64,000 nucleotides of DNA, taken from Giardia intestinalis. Its lineage: Eukaryota. Below are positions 1-10,945 of the stretch, piece after piece. The position numbers and the translations under genes are program-made. The stretch is from assembly GCA_000002435.2 (NCBI GenBank), contig CM018790.1; one strand, 5' to 3'. Under the pieces are notes generated by a model, which made no database searches, was not told the DNA's origin, and saw only the letters and a program-made list of their open reading frames with translations. The stretch's first letter is position 1; every line of letters begins with the position of its first letter.

Positions 1-1
1 A

Positions 2-241
2 GCACAATCCTTTTCCTTGAGCTTCTTACCACCGTCCTCTCTGGAGATAGACACGGAGCTTCACAAGGATGCAGGACTAGGAGAGAAGGAGGAACAGCCT
101 ATTGAGTCTGCGATGGAGGTACTGGTGAAGATGATTCTACGTACCGATGCCCTACTAGTTCACTGCGACACCGACGACCGCTATGAGAAGACGGATCTCC
201 AACTCATCCACGTGGCCTCTGACTTCTGGGGCATGATCTAG
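2..241 (+). CDS. 3' end of an upstream gene truncated by the window start (open from base 2, stop TAG 239..241); hypothetical protein
   Basis: Reading frame is open from the window edge with no ATG; the track's start at 17 is a TTG. Acidic C-terminal peptide, no recognisable domain. Confidence 0.3.
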   Translation, partial: AQSFSLSFLPPSSLEIDTELHKDAGLGEKEEQPIESAMEVLVKMILRTDALLVHCDTDDRYEKTDLQLIHVASDFWGMI

Positions 242-355
242 CGCAGCTGTCCTTCTGATCTGTCTCACACTTGAACCTGAGCCAGGTACTTGAGCCAGGT
301 ACCAGTGCTGTTCTTTGTGCAGTAAATTTAGTCTTGTTAATTCAAATTTCAGAAA

Positions 356-3300
356 ATGGCGTCCACGGGGGAACAGCAGCTCAGTATACATCAACTCCTG
401 TGCAAGAAAGTGGCGCAACTAACTAAAGTGGTTTATCAATTGAACGTAAAGAGCGAGGATAGGGACATAGACCTCAACCTTATTGCTAAGTCCTATGAGG
501 CACAGATCGATCAGATGGCCACAGACAACGAGCAAAAGGTGCGCCAGGTACAGGAGCAATTTAGGAAGCATCAGCAGGACCTGGAGGCCGAGGTCACTAA
601 GCTTTTAGGTGATATCAAGCGTTTAGAGAAGGAGAAAATGCAGTTCCTCAGCAAGATGAACGAATACAAGAAGGAAAACGAGGAGAGAATGACCCGCTTC
701 AAGGATGTCACGAAGCAGCGGATCGATCAGCTCATTCTCGAGGTGGACGCTCTTCGCAGAGATAACGTTGATGATGTGCGGAACAGCCGCAAAGCCGCAA
801 AAGATGAGCTTGCACGCGTATCTGCTGAGCTGCGGGGCCAAAACGAAGCCCTTGCGGCCCAGTTATCCCAAATGACAGCGGCTCGCGATAGATTGCAGAA
901 GGAGTTAGACGCCGTCCGTGCAGATCTAGACAAATCTACACGGGACGTAGATGATCTAAAGCAGCAACTGAATGCGGCACTAAAAGACAAGCTCAGTTTA
1001 AGTGATGTTACGCAAAAGAAGATAGCAGCCCTAGAAAAACAGTTGGAAGAAGCACGTTCTCAGTCCCTCAATAGCGGGGACCAAATAAACAAGCTAGTAA
1101 AGCGAATAGATAGCCTGGAAGCAGAACTTAAGACAGCACAAGCAAACTATAAACAGGAAGTCAGCACCTCTACAGAGTTGAAAAAGGAGATAGCTCAGCT
1201 GAAAACTGAGATTGCTAATTGGAAGCAAGCATCTGATGAGCATGCTGCAGGGTCTAGAGAGCTAGAAAAAAAGCTGAGAGAACTCGAGACCAGGTGTGCT
1301 GGGCTCGATAAAGCTGTGGGGGAGAAGGACTTACTGTTAAAACAACTACAGCAAGATAAGTCACAGCTTAATACAGAAATTGACGGACTCAGAAAACGTA
1401 TAGAGGACCTCCAGTCTAAGAGCACTGCCTCTTCGGAGTCTGAGCGGAAGCTCCAGCTATCTCTTGAAAATGCCACTAAGGAAGCATCGTTCTTCCGGAC
1501 ACAGCTCTCTGATGCTAACGCAAAGATAGATGAATTAAAGATGCAGCTGGCCGCCGAGCGCACTGCTAAAGAAAAGGCTCAAACAGAGCTTACTGCCGCA
1601 TCTGCACAGGTGGTCAAGTTAGAAACGGAATTGCAGCGTCTTCGAGATGAATTTATTACTGCCCAATCCAGCGAGTCCAATAAATATAACCAACTGGAAG
1701 CAAAGCTCAGGACACTAATACAGGAGCTTGAGCAATCATTGGTAGAAGAAAAGATAAATCATGAGAAGGCTCTACAAGCGCAGAGAGATACTCATGAAGC
1801 AGAATCTGCAGCACTAAAAGCGCACATTTCTGACCAGGAGAAGCTACATCAGGAGAAGGTGGAACGATTAGAACAGAAGATTTCAGAACTGGAGACAGAA
1901 TTATCAAAAAGTCTCAGTGGACTGAGTTCTGCACAAGAGCTGAACGCGTCTCTCATGCAGAAGACACAGGATGAAATAGAAGCACTAAAGACTAAGGTTA
2001 TGAAGTACAAACTGTTAGTGGATAGTATCCAGGTGGAGATAAAGCAGTTCTGCGGCTCAACGAAAGAGACATGCAAGCTATTGCTCGATGCCCTGGAGTT
2101 ATCCCAGAGAGATATTTCATCATTACTAGATTCACAAGCAGAAACAATATTATTGCGCGTCTCACAGTATATTACCAGCATGCGGAACGAGGCTGACTCC
2201 AGTAACACTATGAAACGAGAGTACGAAGAATTGGTAGGTGGCCTTCGGCGACAGATTGATGGCTTGAATGCCGAGCTTGGGAAAAAGACAGAACAGACGG
2301 CTACACTAACAAGTGAGATAGAAAATCTCAAACAATTACTGGAAAATTATCGTTTGGAGTTAGGTTCTGTAAGGTCAGATTTAGATTGTAAAGTGCGTGA
2401 ACTGGCGGAGATTACCCAAAGATATCAAGACGAGATTAGAAAAGCTGATTTGTCTTCCAAAGAAATAAAAGAATTGAGCAAGAAAATCAAATGCCTGGAG
2501 GAACAAATAGCCGAGATGGAGAACACTCTGGGCAGTACCCTCAATACAACGTCAGCAGAGGCTATTCAATTGAAAAAACAAATAACTGAATTAGAGGCAA
2601 GACTTGCACGAGAGATGGAAGCAGGTCACAAGCTGGCAGCAGAGAAAGATCAGCAAATAGATACGATGAAGAGTGAGCTCAAGTCTGCACAAGAGAAGTA
2701 CCTTAGTCGTGACCGTGAATATAAGGATCTAATGGAAAAACTAAATATCACCATAGCAGATAACAACGCTCGAACAGCACTTCTACAGAAAGAGCACGAC
2801 GAGCAACTGGCAAAAGAGCAGGAAAAGATTAAAAAGCTTTCAGATGAAAACTTATTATTATCTGGTGAGCTAGAGCGTAGCAAACAAGCTCTAGCCTCGC
2901 TGACTGATATGCATGAAAAGGAGATTCGAGCGCTCCGAAAAGAACTTGCAATTAACCAGGAGGCTCTTGAAAGCATGCGCGAAAGCCAGCGGCTGTCCCA
3001 TGAGAAGATACAAGGTCTCGAGGCACGCCTTCAACATGTAACAGCTGACGCTGGACGCAAACTAGACGAAGAGTTTAGAAAGCACCAGGAAGCGTTGGCC
3101 GCCCTCAAAAAGGAACACCAGGAAAAGATCAATAGCCTGATTAGCGAGTATGAGGGCAGACTAACTTCTGCAAACGAGCAGTTGGCACAGGCCATGGCAG
3201 AGGCTGAGAAGTCAAGAAATGAGCTCTTGTTTGAGATCGAAGGTTTAAAGGCAGAGTTCAAAAACAGGCCTAGTCGTCTAGAAGATGTGGAGCTAATTAA

Positions 3301-3712
3301 TCAGCTTCGGGCACTGTTAGATAAGCGCGAACAAGAGCTGGATGCAGCGGCCAAAGCAGTCGCTTATTATAAACGAGAGCTTCTAGCACGAGAAGAGTCC
3401 TACAACAAGCGATTTCATAAGGAGAACAGCCGAGTGGGAACTATGCAGATACCGGGCGTCCCTGCACACGCAATGAACGCCCAGCAAAACTCTATCGTAG
3501 GCAATATGATTGGAGCGCCACTGGGAACCGCGGGCCTCAGTGCGGGGGGCGTACCCATGGGATCCTTCAGTCAGACTGGTCCGCTCACGGGCCGTGTGAG
3601 TAAGGGGTCTGCTAGTCCAAAGGCTAAGCGTCCACTATCTAACAATGGGCTGGGCCCAAAGGGAGCTATAGGCCCCATCAGTATGCCAAAACACCTCCCA
3701 GCACCTCTTTAA
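356..3712 (+). CDS. Large coiled-coil protein (1118 aa; heptad-rich E/K/L/Q rod, SMC/myosin-tail-like), Gly/Pro-rich C-terminal tail
   Basis: True ATG at 356 preceded by ttaattcaaatttcagaaaATG (Giardia-type A/T-rich initiator). More than 1000 aa of uninterrupted heptad-like EKLQ-rich sequence. Many Giardia cytoskeletal proteins have this form. Confidence 0.75.
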   Translation: MASTGEQQLSIHQLLCKKVAQLTKVVYQLNVKSEDRDIDLNLIAKSYEAQIDQMATDNEQKVRQVQEQFRKHQQDLEAEVTKLLGDIKRLEKEKMQFLSKMNEYKKENEERMTRFKDVTKQRIDQLILEVDALRRDNVDDVRNSRKAAKDELARVSAELRGQNEALAAQLSQMTAARDRLQKELDAVRADLDKSTRDVDDLKQQLNAALKDKLSLSDVTQKKIAALEKQLEEARSQSLNSGDQINKLVKRIDSLEAELKTAQANYKQEVSTSTELKKEIAQLKTEIANWKQASDEHAAGSRELEKKLRELETRCAGLDKAVGEKDLLLKQLQQDKSQLNTEIDGLRKRIEDLQSKSTASSESERKLQLSLENATKEASFFRTQLSDANAKIDELKMQLAAERTAKEKAQTELTAASAQVVKLETELQRLRDEFITAQSSESNKYNQLEAKLRTLIQELEQSLVEEKINHEKALQAQRDTHEAESAALKAHISDQEKLHQEKVERLEQKISELETELSKSLSGLSSAQELNASLMQKTQDEIEALKTKVMKYKLLVDSIQVEIKQFCGSTKETCKLLLDALELSQRDISSLLDSQAETILLRVSQYITSMRNEADSSNTMKREYEELVGGLRRQIDGLNAELGKKTEQTATLTSEIENLKQLLENYRLELGSVRSDLDCKVRELAEITQRYQDEIRKADLSSKEIKELSKKIKCLEEQIAEMENTLGSTLNTTSAEAIQLKKQITELEARLAREMEAGHKLAAEKDQQIDTMKSELKSAQEKYLSRDREYKDLMEKLNITIADNNARTALLQKEHDEQLAKEQEKIKKLSDENLLLSGELERSKQALASLTDMHEKEIRALRKELAINQEALESMRESQRLSHEKIQGLEARLQHVTADAGRKLDEEFRKHQEALAALKKEHQEKINSLISEYEGRLTSANEQLAQAMAEAEKSRNELLFEIEGLKAEFKNRPSRLEDVELINQLRALLDKREQELDAAAKAVAYYKRELLAREESYNKRFHKENSRVGTMQIPGVPAHAMNAQQNSIVGNMIGAPLGTAGLSAGGVPMGSFSQTGPLTGRVSKGSASPKAKRPLSNNGLGPKGAIGPISMPKHLPAPL

Positions 3713-3795
3713 TTGTTTTAATTAGATAGAAACTTTTGCTGAATAAAATGTATAGAGTTGATAAAAAGACGGCCACTTTGGCTTTCTGCTCTAAC

Positions 3796-5158
3796 GATGA
3801 CTACAATGAGCGGCTCCGTCAGTACTGCCCTTGGCGAGTCGCACTACAAAGAGAACATTAACATGGCTATTTCCGCCACAGACCAGGTTTCTAATTCCGT
3901 GAATCCGGCCACCATCGTCGTTGAATTCCCTCGTGATAGCCCTTTCATTGACCGGGGGTCGGTCTGTAAAAGACTATCTATCGGTTTTTCGTTGTCACTT
4001 CTTGACTTTGTGTTGGGCTATGCCGCTTCAGTATTGTTTGCAGTGTTTACATTTATTGTCTTAGGGCTCAATAAGTCTCTCATGAATGAAATAGGAGGGG
4101 GACTCCATGCTCATTTCGGTGTGGCGTCCATTTCACTGTTCTTTGGGCTTCTAGATGATAGGTTTATCAGTTGGACGCAGAAGAAAAACATTCCAGTCCC
4201 CATGTTTAACTTCATATTCCTGCTTATTTGCTTAGTAACATACGTTCCTCTATACCTTCTAGAATACTTAACTATAGCAGCTGTATTCCAGGTTGATCGC
4301 TCGACTAACCACATGCCTGCGGTGTGGGCTATCACGTTTAGAGAACAGCTGCTCTTTCTTATCTTCAATATGACTAATGCGTTTTTGGGTGGCAATGTTA
4401 TCCCTGGCCTATCTGGCTGGCGTTACATGGTCTTTGTACATGCAGTTTCCTTCTTCATCTGGTTCCTTTTTGTTGATAAGATACTAACCCAGACGCTGTT
4501 CTGGACACCGGAGCTACCCAGGTTTACCGATTATGAAGGATACAAGCTCCTGGGTGGGATGATGCAGACTTTTGTGATGGGAACACTGAGCTTTCTATCA
4601 ATACACCGCTTCCTAGTGCGAGAGGTCTTGAGCAAACTGTCACCGGGAAAGCGGCTGAGTTATGTTCTTCCTCCGTTCCTAGGATATGCTGTTCTACAGT
4701 GGGCCACTCTGTATGGAATTAACGTCCTTGCGTTTCCAAAGGCGACGCTCTACGCGCGAGCGAATGCTGTGTGGAGCAATATTTCCATGAGCTGGGTGGG
4801 CTTCCAGATTGTTGGCTTCCGTTTGTCTGGGCCTATGTGGCACGGTCTCTGTCGTGTCTACGACCCGTTTACTAATCAACTACGTCACAATAGGTACGGT
4901 ATCGTTCTTTACATCTTCTTTTCTGTGATACTGGGGCATCTCTACGGCTTCTTCTTTTACCTTCTTTTCCACTACGTCTCTTGGCCATATATCTGGTCGA
5001 GGTTCTTTGGGATGACGTTTGCTGACGACGATATGCTTGCGCGTTTGGATTATACTCTACCGTTCTCATTAGGCACCATCCTTCTGGCAGTTTATAACAA
5101 CGATGTCTATTACAAACGGGGAAACTGGGGCCGTTTTCAGCTCAACTGCGAGGAATAA
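3796..5158 (+). CDS. Polytopic integral membrane protein, hypothetical (multiple hydrophobic helices)
   Basis: The long ORF in the track begins at TTG 3758. The first ATG is at 3796, about 25 nt downstream of an ataaaaag A/T-rich box. There are 10 or more hydrophobic segments. Start choice is uncertain (ATG 3862 is also possible). Confidence 0.5.
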
Positions 5159-5195
5159 TTGCTAATGACATTTTAGTGATTTGCTAACAGCTTTA

Positions 5196-5834
5196 CTACT
5201 TGTGTTGAGATAAAAAAGCCGTCAATTTGCTATTTAGATTGAAGAATTGTTTGATGACCTCTGCCTGTAAACACGACAGCTGGGCCTTGACATGGTCCAG
5301 CTCTCCTTGCAGTCTGCGGAGCGTTTCATTCTCTTCCGTGAGTACAGGTGGTGTCTGCGTCCCCACAGAGTGTGCACCGAGGCGCCTCGGAGGCTCTTCC
5401 TTGTAGTGCTCAATGGCTTCAGAGATCTTGACGTTCTTCTCTGCTTTCTCTATCGGAGTCTGACCTTTGGCTAGTCCCATTGGCAATACCTGTTGAGACT
5501 TTTGATCTCCTGCTTCTCTATTTCTATGACCGTCCTCTTTCTTAACGGAGACATCTGCTCCCATTGTTCTGGGAAGAATTGCAGGCCTCTCACCGGGCCT
5601 GGCTGTTCCAGGTGACGAACCTGATATCTCTGGCGCCAAAGATCCGCTATACTTCGTTGCTGGCTGGAGCTCTGTCGACCCAGGGGCAGCCACAGCTTCA
5701 GCAATATTTGTATGCACGGGCTGCTGATCTACCCTTTCGTTAGCCCGAGATAGAGCGCTGTCTAATGTCGCCTGTATTTGTGGGGCCACTCTATATTTGG
5801 CCAGCAAGCTCTGAAGGTCATCATTGGAGGGCAT
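5196..5834 (-). CDS. Hypothetical protein (~212 aa)
   Basis: The track ORF 5196..5849 starts at TTG. The first ATG (minus strand) is at 5832..5834 with an A/T-rich upstream context. No recognisable domain. Confidence 0.4.
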   Translation of the reverse strand: MPSNDDLQSLLAKYRVAPQIQATLDSALSRANERVDQQPVHTNIAEAVAAPGSTELQPATKYSGSLAPEISGSSPGTARPGERPAILPRTMGADVSVKKEDGHRNREAGDQKSQQVLPMGLAKGQTPIEKAEKNVKISEAIEHYKEEPPRRLGAHSVGTQTPPVLTEENETLRRLQGELDHVKAQLSCLQAEVIKQFFNLNSKLTAFLSQHK

Positions 5835-5959
5835 ATTTCTAAAATGCAATCTTGAAATTTTTAATGAAGTTAAGTGACCAAATCATTGGGGCTTTTAAAA
5901 CCCTCTAATCATGACCCCCCCTAAATGCCCCGGTTTACTTGTCTATTGCACACTCTATC

Positions 5960-7378
5960 CTACATCCCGATATACTCAAGGTAGTCCTTGCTTTCTGCAG
6001 CCTCATACTCCTTACTTAGAGATGTACATACAGCTTGTGCATCCGTGAACTGCTCTAAAATTTCAGGCTCTCCTCCGGTTACCATGCTGTCGATGTAGTT
6101 TTGCAGATAGGCCCTCTTACTGAACAATTGTGTAAATGTATTGTTGATATTGTCAAAGATTTTACGGATAGCTGTGTGATTGGCCAGCATAAGACCGGAC
6201 ACCTTATGTGCTTCGTTAGTAAATGGAGAACGCTTGGATAAGGCCATCTGCATGTTACTTGGGCCCCAGTCAATAAACTTAACATCCCTGCCCTCCTTAA
6301 TCTGCTGAAGTGACTTATAAAGCTGATTGCTTTCGGCTTCACCCTGTACAATGTTCAGTAGAGAGATGTACTTTCCATCTCGGCCACAGCTCACCATCCC
6401 ATTTGTTGGGTGGAGAAGGCGTTTAACCAGCTGAACGATAGAATCTGTGTGGACCTGCCTGCGGGTGGCGCCAGCTGCGGCCCCTGCTACCGCTCCTGAC
6501 CCTGCCTCCTGGTCCTTCGTGTGTTCTTTTACATTCAAGCTTGATGAAGTTATGGGTGTATATGAACTCATCAAGAAGTGAAGGCGGGGAGTGGGCACCA
6601 GGCTGGACACCAGGCTAAGCAGGTCGTTGGACATAAACCCAGGAAGTCTCAAGGTGCTGGTGCTGGCTGCCATAACGGTGCTAACCAAGGAGTTGACGTG
6701 TTCAAACGGATTGGTAAGTAGCTCATTGGGTATATGATTAGTAATTATCCGATCGAGTGCGGTATTGTCCAGAACAACAACTGCATCCGCGCACAGTGCC
6801 AGGCGCTGAAGAGTTAGTATGCTATTGTAAGGCTGCACAATGATATCTGCCGTAGTGTTGGGGAAGACACTATAGGTCTGCAGCAGCGCCTTGGGATACC
6901 GATCAGAAAGTCTGTCAAGCAAGAAGCTGCCCATACCAGACCCTGTGCCACCGGCGATACTGTGGGTTAGAGAAAAGCCGGCCAATGAGTCCGCTCCGTC
7001 TGCTTCTCTATCAATAATTTCAACTATTTTCTCAAAGCCAGCTTCTCCACACTGGAACCCCTTCGTCCATATGTTGCCAGCTCCCCCACCCGTAGAATCA
7101 ATGTAAACGTTCTCAGGGTTGATCAACTCTTTGATAGGCCCGTTACGAATGTGACTGATCACGCCTGGCTCTGTATCTAGTAGGATGGCCCGGGGAACGT
7201 AGTGCTCGTCATCAGACTGATAGAAAAAGACATCCTTCCTGTCATTGAAGGTGTACGCCTCTGGCCTGAGAGTCCCGTCGGGATTTATGCCGTGTTCAGT
7301 GCACAACCTATTCCAGAAGACCTCGCCTATCTGGTTTCCACACTGGCCGCACTGAATCGTAATAACTTCTCTCGGCAT
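5960..7378 (-). CDS. Gamma-tubulin
   Basis: N-terminus [18 protein letters not shown] matches the gamma-tubulin start, and the tubulin signature AGGTGSG is present. Similarity to human gamma-tubulin runs throughout (DREADG, NTAL(D/N)RI, STIMSASTTTLR-type blocks). The protein has a Gly/Ala-rich insertion near the C-terminus. The true ATG is at 7376..7378; the track's 7435 start is not an ATG. Confidence 0.9.
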   Translation of the reverse strand: MPREVITIQCGQCGNQIGEVFWNRLCTEHGINPDGTLRPEAYTFNDRKDVFFYQSDDEHYVPRAILLDTEPGVISHIRNGPIKELINPENVYIDSTGGGAGNIWTKGFQCGEAGFEKIVEIIDREADGADSLAGFSLTHSIAGGTGSGMGSFLLDRLSDRYPKALLQTYSVFPNTTADIIVQPYNSILTLQRLALCADAVVVLDNTALDRIITNHIPNELLTNPFEHVNSLVSTVMAASTSTLRLPGFMSNDLLSLVSSLVPTPRLHFLMSSYTPITSSSLNVKEHTKDQEAGSGAVAGAAAGATRRQVHTDSIVQLVKRLLHPTNGMVSCGRDGKYISLLNIVQGEAESNQLYKSLQQIKEGRDVKFIDWGPSNMQMALSKRSPFTNEAHKVSGLMLANHTAIRKIFDNINNTFTQLFSKRAYLQNYIDSMVTGGEPEILEQFTDAQAVCTSLSKEYEAAESKDYLEYIGM

Positions 7379-7478
7379 ATAAAACGCACTTACAAAGTTG
7401 CAGAATTGCTTCAAATTTTCAATATAAACGCACATTGCGAAGAGAAAAGGTACTTGTGTGTTGTTTTTGCGTCTTAAG
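7379..7478. promoter_or_regulatory. 100-bp A/T-rich divergent intergenic region shared by gamma-tubulin (-) and the 553-aa membrane glycoprotein gene (+)
   Basis: Both start codons face outward from this short A/T-rich stretch. Giardia promoters are short A/T-rich initiators directly upstream of the ATG. Confidence 0.4.
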
Positions 7479-9140
7479 ATGCAGGAGGAGGACTCTGCAG
7501 ACGCTCTGTTCCTCTCGCCAAATGCGAAGGGTTACATGGACAGCCTGCGTAAGGAGGGTCTCATAGTCAAACGAGATACAAACATAAAGCACCTCAACAA
7601 CTCTCCCTTGTACTACACCATCCGCCTCATCCTAATTATCTACCTAGTCACCTTCATTTTAGCAACCATTTATAACGCATCCGATTTGCTTTTTTGTTAC
7701 CTCCAGGCGCCAGTTCACAGCATTCGCATAAGAAATACTTCCCTGCCTACGGAGAATAAAGGCTTCCTGTTTAACGCATCAAGCTATCACCCAGGAGAAA
7801 CTATAGCATATTATTTGCAAGGATACCTGAAGGACGTCAACATCGTTGTTCTCGAGCCGTATGGTTTGAATACCAACTACGAACCCAACAGTATTGAGGA
7901 AAAACAAAATTATCTAATTAACATCGATCCAAATGTTACCCCACGCTTGATTCAAGGAGCGTTTCCAATGGCTATCGTGATGAACGGCACCAATAGTGCA
8001 GATCCTGCACACAGCATATGCATGGACTCCCTGTGGTTTACCACGTTTCCAAAGGCATCTGTCAGGCCCACAGATGGCGGTATTGCGGCTAGTGTCGATA
8101 TCCTCAACCCTAACAGAAAGCGTATATGGGTTAACTCCATGTGGTATAGCTTCTCATATTGGAGTAGCGTGGAGAGCATATACAGCGACACCAGGTTTAC
8201 GGACGACCAGAAGAAAGCACATGGTATACCAAATCTTTCAGACGTCCCCAAGACTAATTATTACTGTACAACACAAATATCCAGCATTCTTCCCAGTCAG
8301 TACAACAAGTCTAATGTTCCCATCTGGTTTATGAACCTTAGCGAAGCTTCTACTGCTAGACTAAAGGGAATTATCTGCTCTAGTAACTATGGATTAGTCC
8401 TCAATTTATCAACGTGGTTCTGCATTTCGCCTCTTCTAATTTATGACTTACGCCTGAAAAAAGTTATGCTATCTAATGTAACCTTTAACGGTAACTTAGT
8501 TTTAGATTTTAGAACAGACGAAAAAGATTCATCTATTACTCCCGAGACATTTTCCTGCTTACATCCTGAGGAATTCTATATACCATATAACTTAATATTG
8601 AATAACTCTTCTCTTAGAATCATGACGGTAACAAAAGACATTAAAGAGCTCGTCATAGACTCCTTTGGCCAATCCAGTTTTACATTCACTATTCCAAAGC
8701 GTGTGCTTACGTGTACACCAGGTAACATTTCACTTGGGGCACCCATTGCTGCCAACGAAGAGCCGTGCAGGCTAGAATTCAGTGGAATCTCTGGCGAGTC
8801 CTACTTTACTGGAGACTTTCACAGATACTACTCGGCTAGATACATAGCACCCTTGAACAAGCTCACTGAGCTCACGGTTGTTGTTAATCTCCATGTCTTG
8901 GACGATTTGACTCTTTCATTTCCATTTTGTTCGTCAAAGGTTACCCCAAAGTTTCCTTTGAACGTAATGGACTCTAGAAATAATGCAATTTTTTCACTTG
9001 ATTATGTTGAGGATGCAGAGATTGTATTTAAGGGTGCTTCTTCTAACACAGTAGGCCAACACTTTGTTGCTACAGTCACCTGCGACGGGGCGGGGCGGGG
9101 GTTCACGCTCGCGCTCCGGGCGCAGCCAGCCAGGCAGTAA
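7479..9140 (+). CDS. Type II membrane, N-glycosylation-site-rich hypothetical protein (553 aa); the last 23 codons lie inside the palindrome arm
   Basis: ATG at 7479 (aagATGcag); the track start 7458 is GTG. A single hydrophobic segment sits near the N-terminus ([22 protein letters not shown]) and there are many NxS/T sequons. The C-terminus ...[22 protein letters not shown] is encoded from 9071 onward by the inverted-repeat arm. The stop is embedded in AGTAAAC. Confidence 0.5.
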   Translation: MQEEDSADALFLSPNAKGYMDSLRKEGLIVKRDTNIKHLNNSPLYYTIRLILIIYLVTFILATIYNASDLLFCYLQAPVHSIRIRNTSLPTENKGFLFNASSYHPGETIAYYLQGYLKDVNIVVLEPYGLNTNYEPNSIEEKQNYLINIDPNVTPRLIQGAFPMAIVMNGTNSADPAHSICMDSLWFTTFPKASVRPTDGGIAASVDILNPNRKRIWVNSMWYSFSYWSSVESIYSDTRFTDDQKKAHGIPNLSDVPKTNYYCTTQISSILPSQYNKSNVPIWFMNLSEASTARLKGIICSSNYGLVLNLSTWFCISPLLIYDLRLKKVMLSNVTFNGNLVLDFRTDEKDSSITPETFSCLHPEEFYIPYNLILNNSSLRIMTVTKDIKELVIDSFGQSSFTFTIPKRVLTCTPGNISLGAPIAANEEPCRLEFSGISGESYFTGDFHRYYSARYIAPLNKLTELTVVVNLHVLDDLTLSFPFCSSKVTPKFPLNVMDSRNNAIFSLDYVEDAEIVFKGASSNTVGQHFVATVTCDGAGRGFTLALRAQPARQ

Positions 9141-9142
9141 AC
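9136..9142 (+). promoter_or_regulatory. Giardia-type polyadenylation signal AGTAAAC overlapping the stop codon of the 553-aa gene (mirrored at 35561..35567 on the minus strand)
   Basis: AGTRAAY consensus, gcAGTAAACgagg, with the TAA stop at 9138..9140. Confidence 0.5.
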
Positions 9143-9218
9143 GAGGACACGAGGCGCCGCTCCCGGGCCACACAACACGGTACTCTGCCATCTGTTCTGG
9201 TATTTTTCTCCGCTCCGA

Positions 9219-9291
9219 GGGCGGTTAGCTCAGTTGGTAGAGCGCTTGCCTAGCATGCAAGAGGCCGGGGGTTCAAATCCCTCATCGTCCA
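9219..9291 (+). tRNA. tRNA-Ala (anticodon AGC), 73 nt, no intron
   Basis: Manual cloverleaf fold: acceptor GGGCGGT/ATCGTCC with the G3:U70 Ala identity pair; D-arm GCTC-AGTTGGTA-GAGC; anticodon arm CTTGC-CTAGCAT-GCAAG (anticodon AGC); T-arm GGGGG-TTCAAAT-CCCTC; discriminator A. The track ORF 9230..9562 (-) overlapping it is spurious. Confidence 0.85.
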
Positions 9292-9991
9292 CTTTCCGTC
9301 CCGCTCCACCGCACGGCCTGCAGCTCAGCGCGCCCTTGTGGGGCCTTGTCGTGCTCGCTGGGGCGCTTCCTGTTAATTTCTGGGGCCTTGCTCTTCGCCG
9401 TAAATGACCGACCTTGACCATGTGTGCTGTTCTGTACATGCAGCAGCTAGTTGTGAGCCGCGCCATCACCCCGTGGACGACCGTGGTCTGCAGCTTGTTC
9501 AGCGCAGCTTTCACTCGTTCTTGTAAGTATAAAGGCGCGCAAATCATCTCCCTGTTAGTCAATATACTCAGCTAGTGGGTCTACAGTGTGCCGAGACTAA
9601 AGCTCGTTGTAGAATTTATTGCAGGCATACTTAGAAGCACACAGGATCTTCACAGCGCACAGCACGAGTCTAAACTTATCTAGTGCTAAACTTTCGAAAA
9701 AAGACTGACAGTAGACTCGCTATCCCTGGTAAACGGGCATATATGTGTGAATAAAATACCAGTAAGGCTATGCAGAGCAGGGTCTACGTTGAAGAGGCCT
9801 GGATCTCGAAATGGAAAGAGAAAATAGAGCAAAAAAGTGAAGAATATTCTTCGAAAACAAGCGGCAGAAATAGTCCTAGATGCTAGATGAAGCATATCCT
9901 GGTCACAGAAGCCGCCGGCGACGCCAAATCACAACCGTTACGCTATATTAATGCATCAGATTGTGGCCATATATAATATTTGCAGAAGACC

Positions 9992-10945
9992 ATGGTTGGC
10001 TGCTGTCTATCACCCGCTGACCAAATTGAGGTCCTTCGTAAGCTAGCTGAAGAAGTTATCAGGGTACGAAAGATCCAAGAGACTGCAAATGATCTTGTTG
10101 CAAATCCTTACAGACTTTATACTTACGTTATAAAAACGTCTGTAAACTGGCGCAAAATTGCCACGGAGATCAACCAAAATCGCAACAGGATCTACCACTG
10201 GTACCGTGAAACGCATCTAAGAAACATTCTGAACATAAAGATGACAGAAGAAGATCGTCAGATTATCCGTGGAATTATCATAGATGGGATTGAAAGCAGA
10301 AGGATTGTGAGAGAAGACATCTATGGAAAGGTTCGCGAGAAATTTGGGAAAAAGTATCCACGCCAAGAATTGCGGATGACTTATAACAATATAATCAACA
10401 GCCGTAGTATCAAAACCCTCTTCAAGAAGTGCGGTATTCAGCATTCCTCGAGACGCAGCAGATCATGTGCGGCCATCCATCACCCATCTAGCGCAGAGCA
10501 GTGCCTCCCTAACGAGGAGGTGTTTAAACCACCCGTATTTCGCCTACCTGGTTACAATGATGAAACCCCATCTTCTCCTCAGGACGAAGACGAAACAGGG
10601 ACGTCTGTACCTGAGAACTCGCTATCTGCGCCACCAGAGTCTGTTGCTTGCAGCATTGTCGAGCCAAGGAACCTACCATCCAGCCTTTCCTTGGTTCCGC
10701 CCTTCGCGCCCACTCCTAGCGCTGCTCCGAATGTTTATCCGATCCCGGGTGTCTATCCGGCCCCTGGTGCCGTCCCTTATCTCCAGGCGTCGGGGGTGCT
10801 CAGTCTACAGCCGACGCCCTACCCCTTCGGCTTCGGGGTGCCGCTGACATACGTCCCTGTTCTGATACAATCGCCAGGACATACTGGCGGATGGCCCGTG
10901 GGCACGGGTGACGGTCCGCTCGGAAGGCCGACCAGGCAGCCCTGA
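9992..10945 (+). CDS. Myb/SANT-like DNA-binding protein with a proline-rich low-complexity C-terminus (317 aa)
   Basis: ATG at 9992 after atataatatttgcagaagaccATG; the track start 9980 is TTG. NWRKIATEINQNRNRIYHWYRETHL followed by MTEEDRQII fits the Myb-repeat pattern W..IA....R......W and the W-T-EED start of a second repeat. The C-terminal ~120 aa are P/G/Y-rich. Confidence 0.5.
   Translation: MVGCCLSPADQIEVLRKLAEEVIRVRKIQETANDLVANPYRLYTYVIKTSVNWRKIATEINQNRNRIYHWYRETHLRNILNIKMTEEDRQIIRGIIIDGIESRRIVREDIYGKVREKFGKKYPRQELRMTYNNIINSRSIKTLFKKCGIQHSSRRSRSCAAIHHPSSAEQCLPNEEVFKPPVFRLPGYNDETPSSPQDEDETGTSVPENSLSAPPESVACSIVEPRNLPSSLSLVPPFAPTPSAAPNVYPIPGVYPAPGAVPYLQASGVLSLQPTPYPFGFGVPLTYVPVLIQSPGHTGGWPVGTGDGPLGRPTRQP

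Noticed and set aside
623-3261. Several 70-160-aa antisense ORFs inside the coiled-coil gene (for example 1849..2331 -, 2650..2976 -)
   Set aside because: Ser/Leu-rich antisense translations of a long GAG/AAG-rich coding region; typical antisense artefacts.
9230-9562. 110-aa ORF on the minus strand (and mirror 35141..35473)
   Set aside because: It runs antisense through the tRNA-Ala gene and GC-rich non-coding sequence; spurious.
10467-10847. 126-aa alternative-frame ORF inside the Myb-like gene
   Set aside because: Fully nested in a better-supported ORF; Arg/Ser-rich frame-shifted translation with no independent start context.
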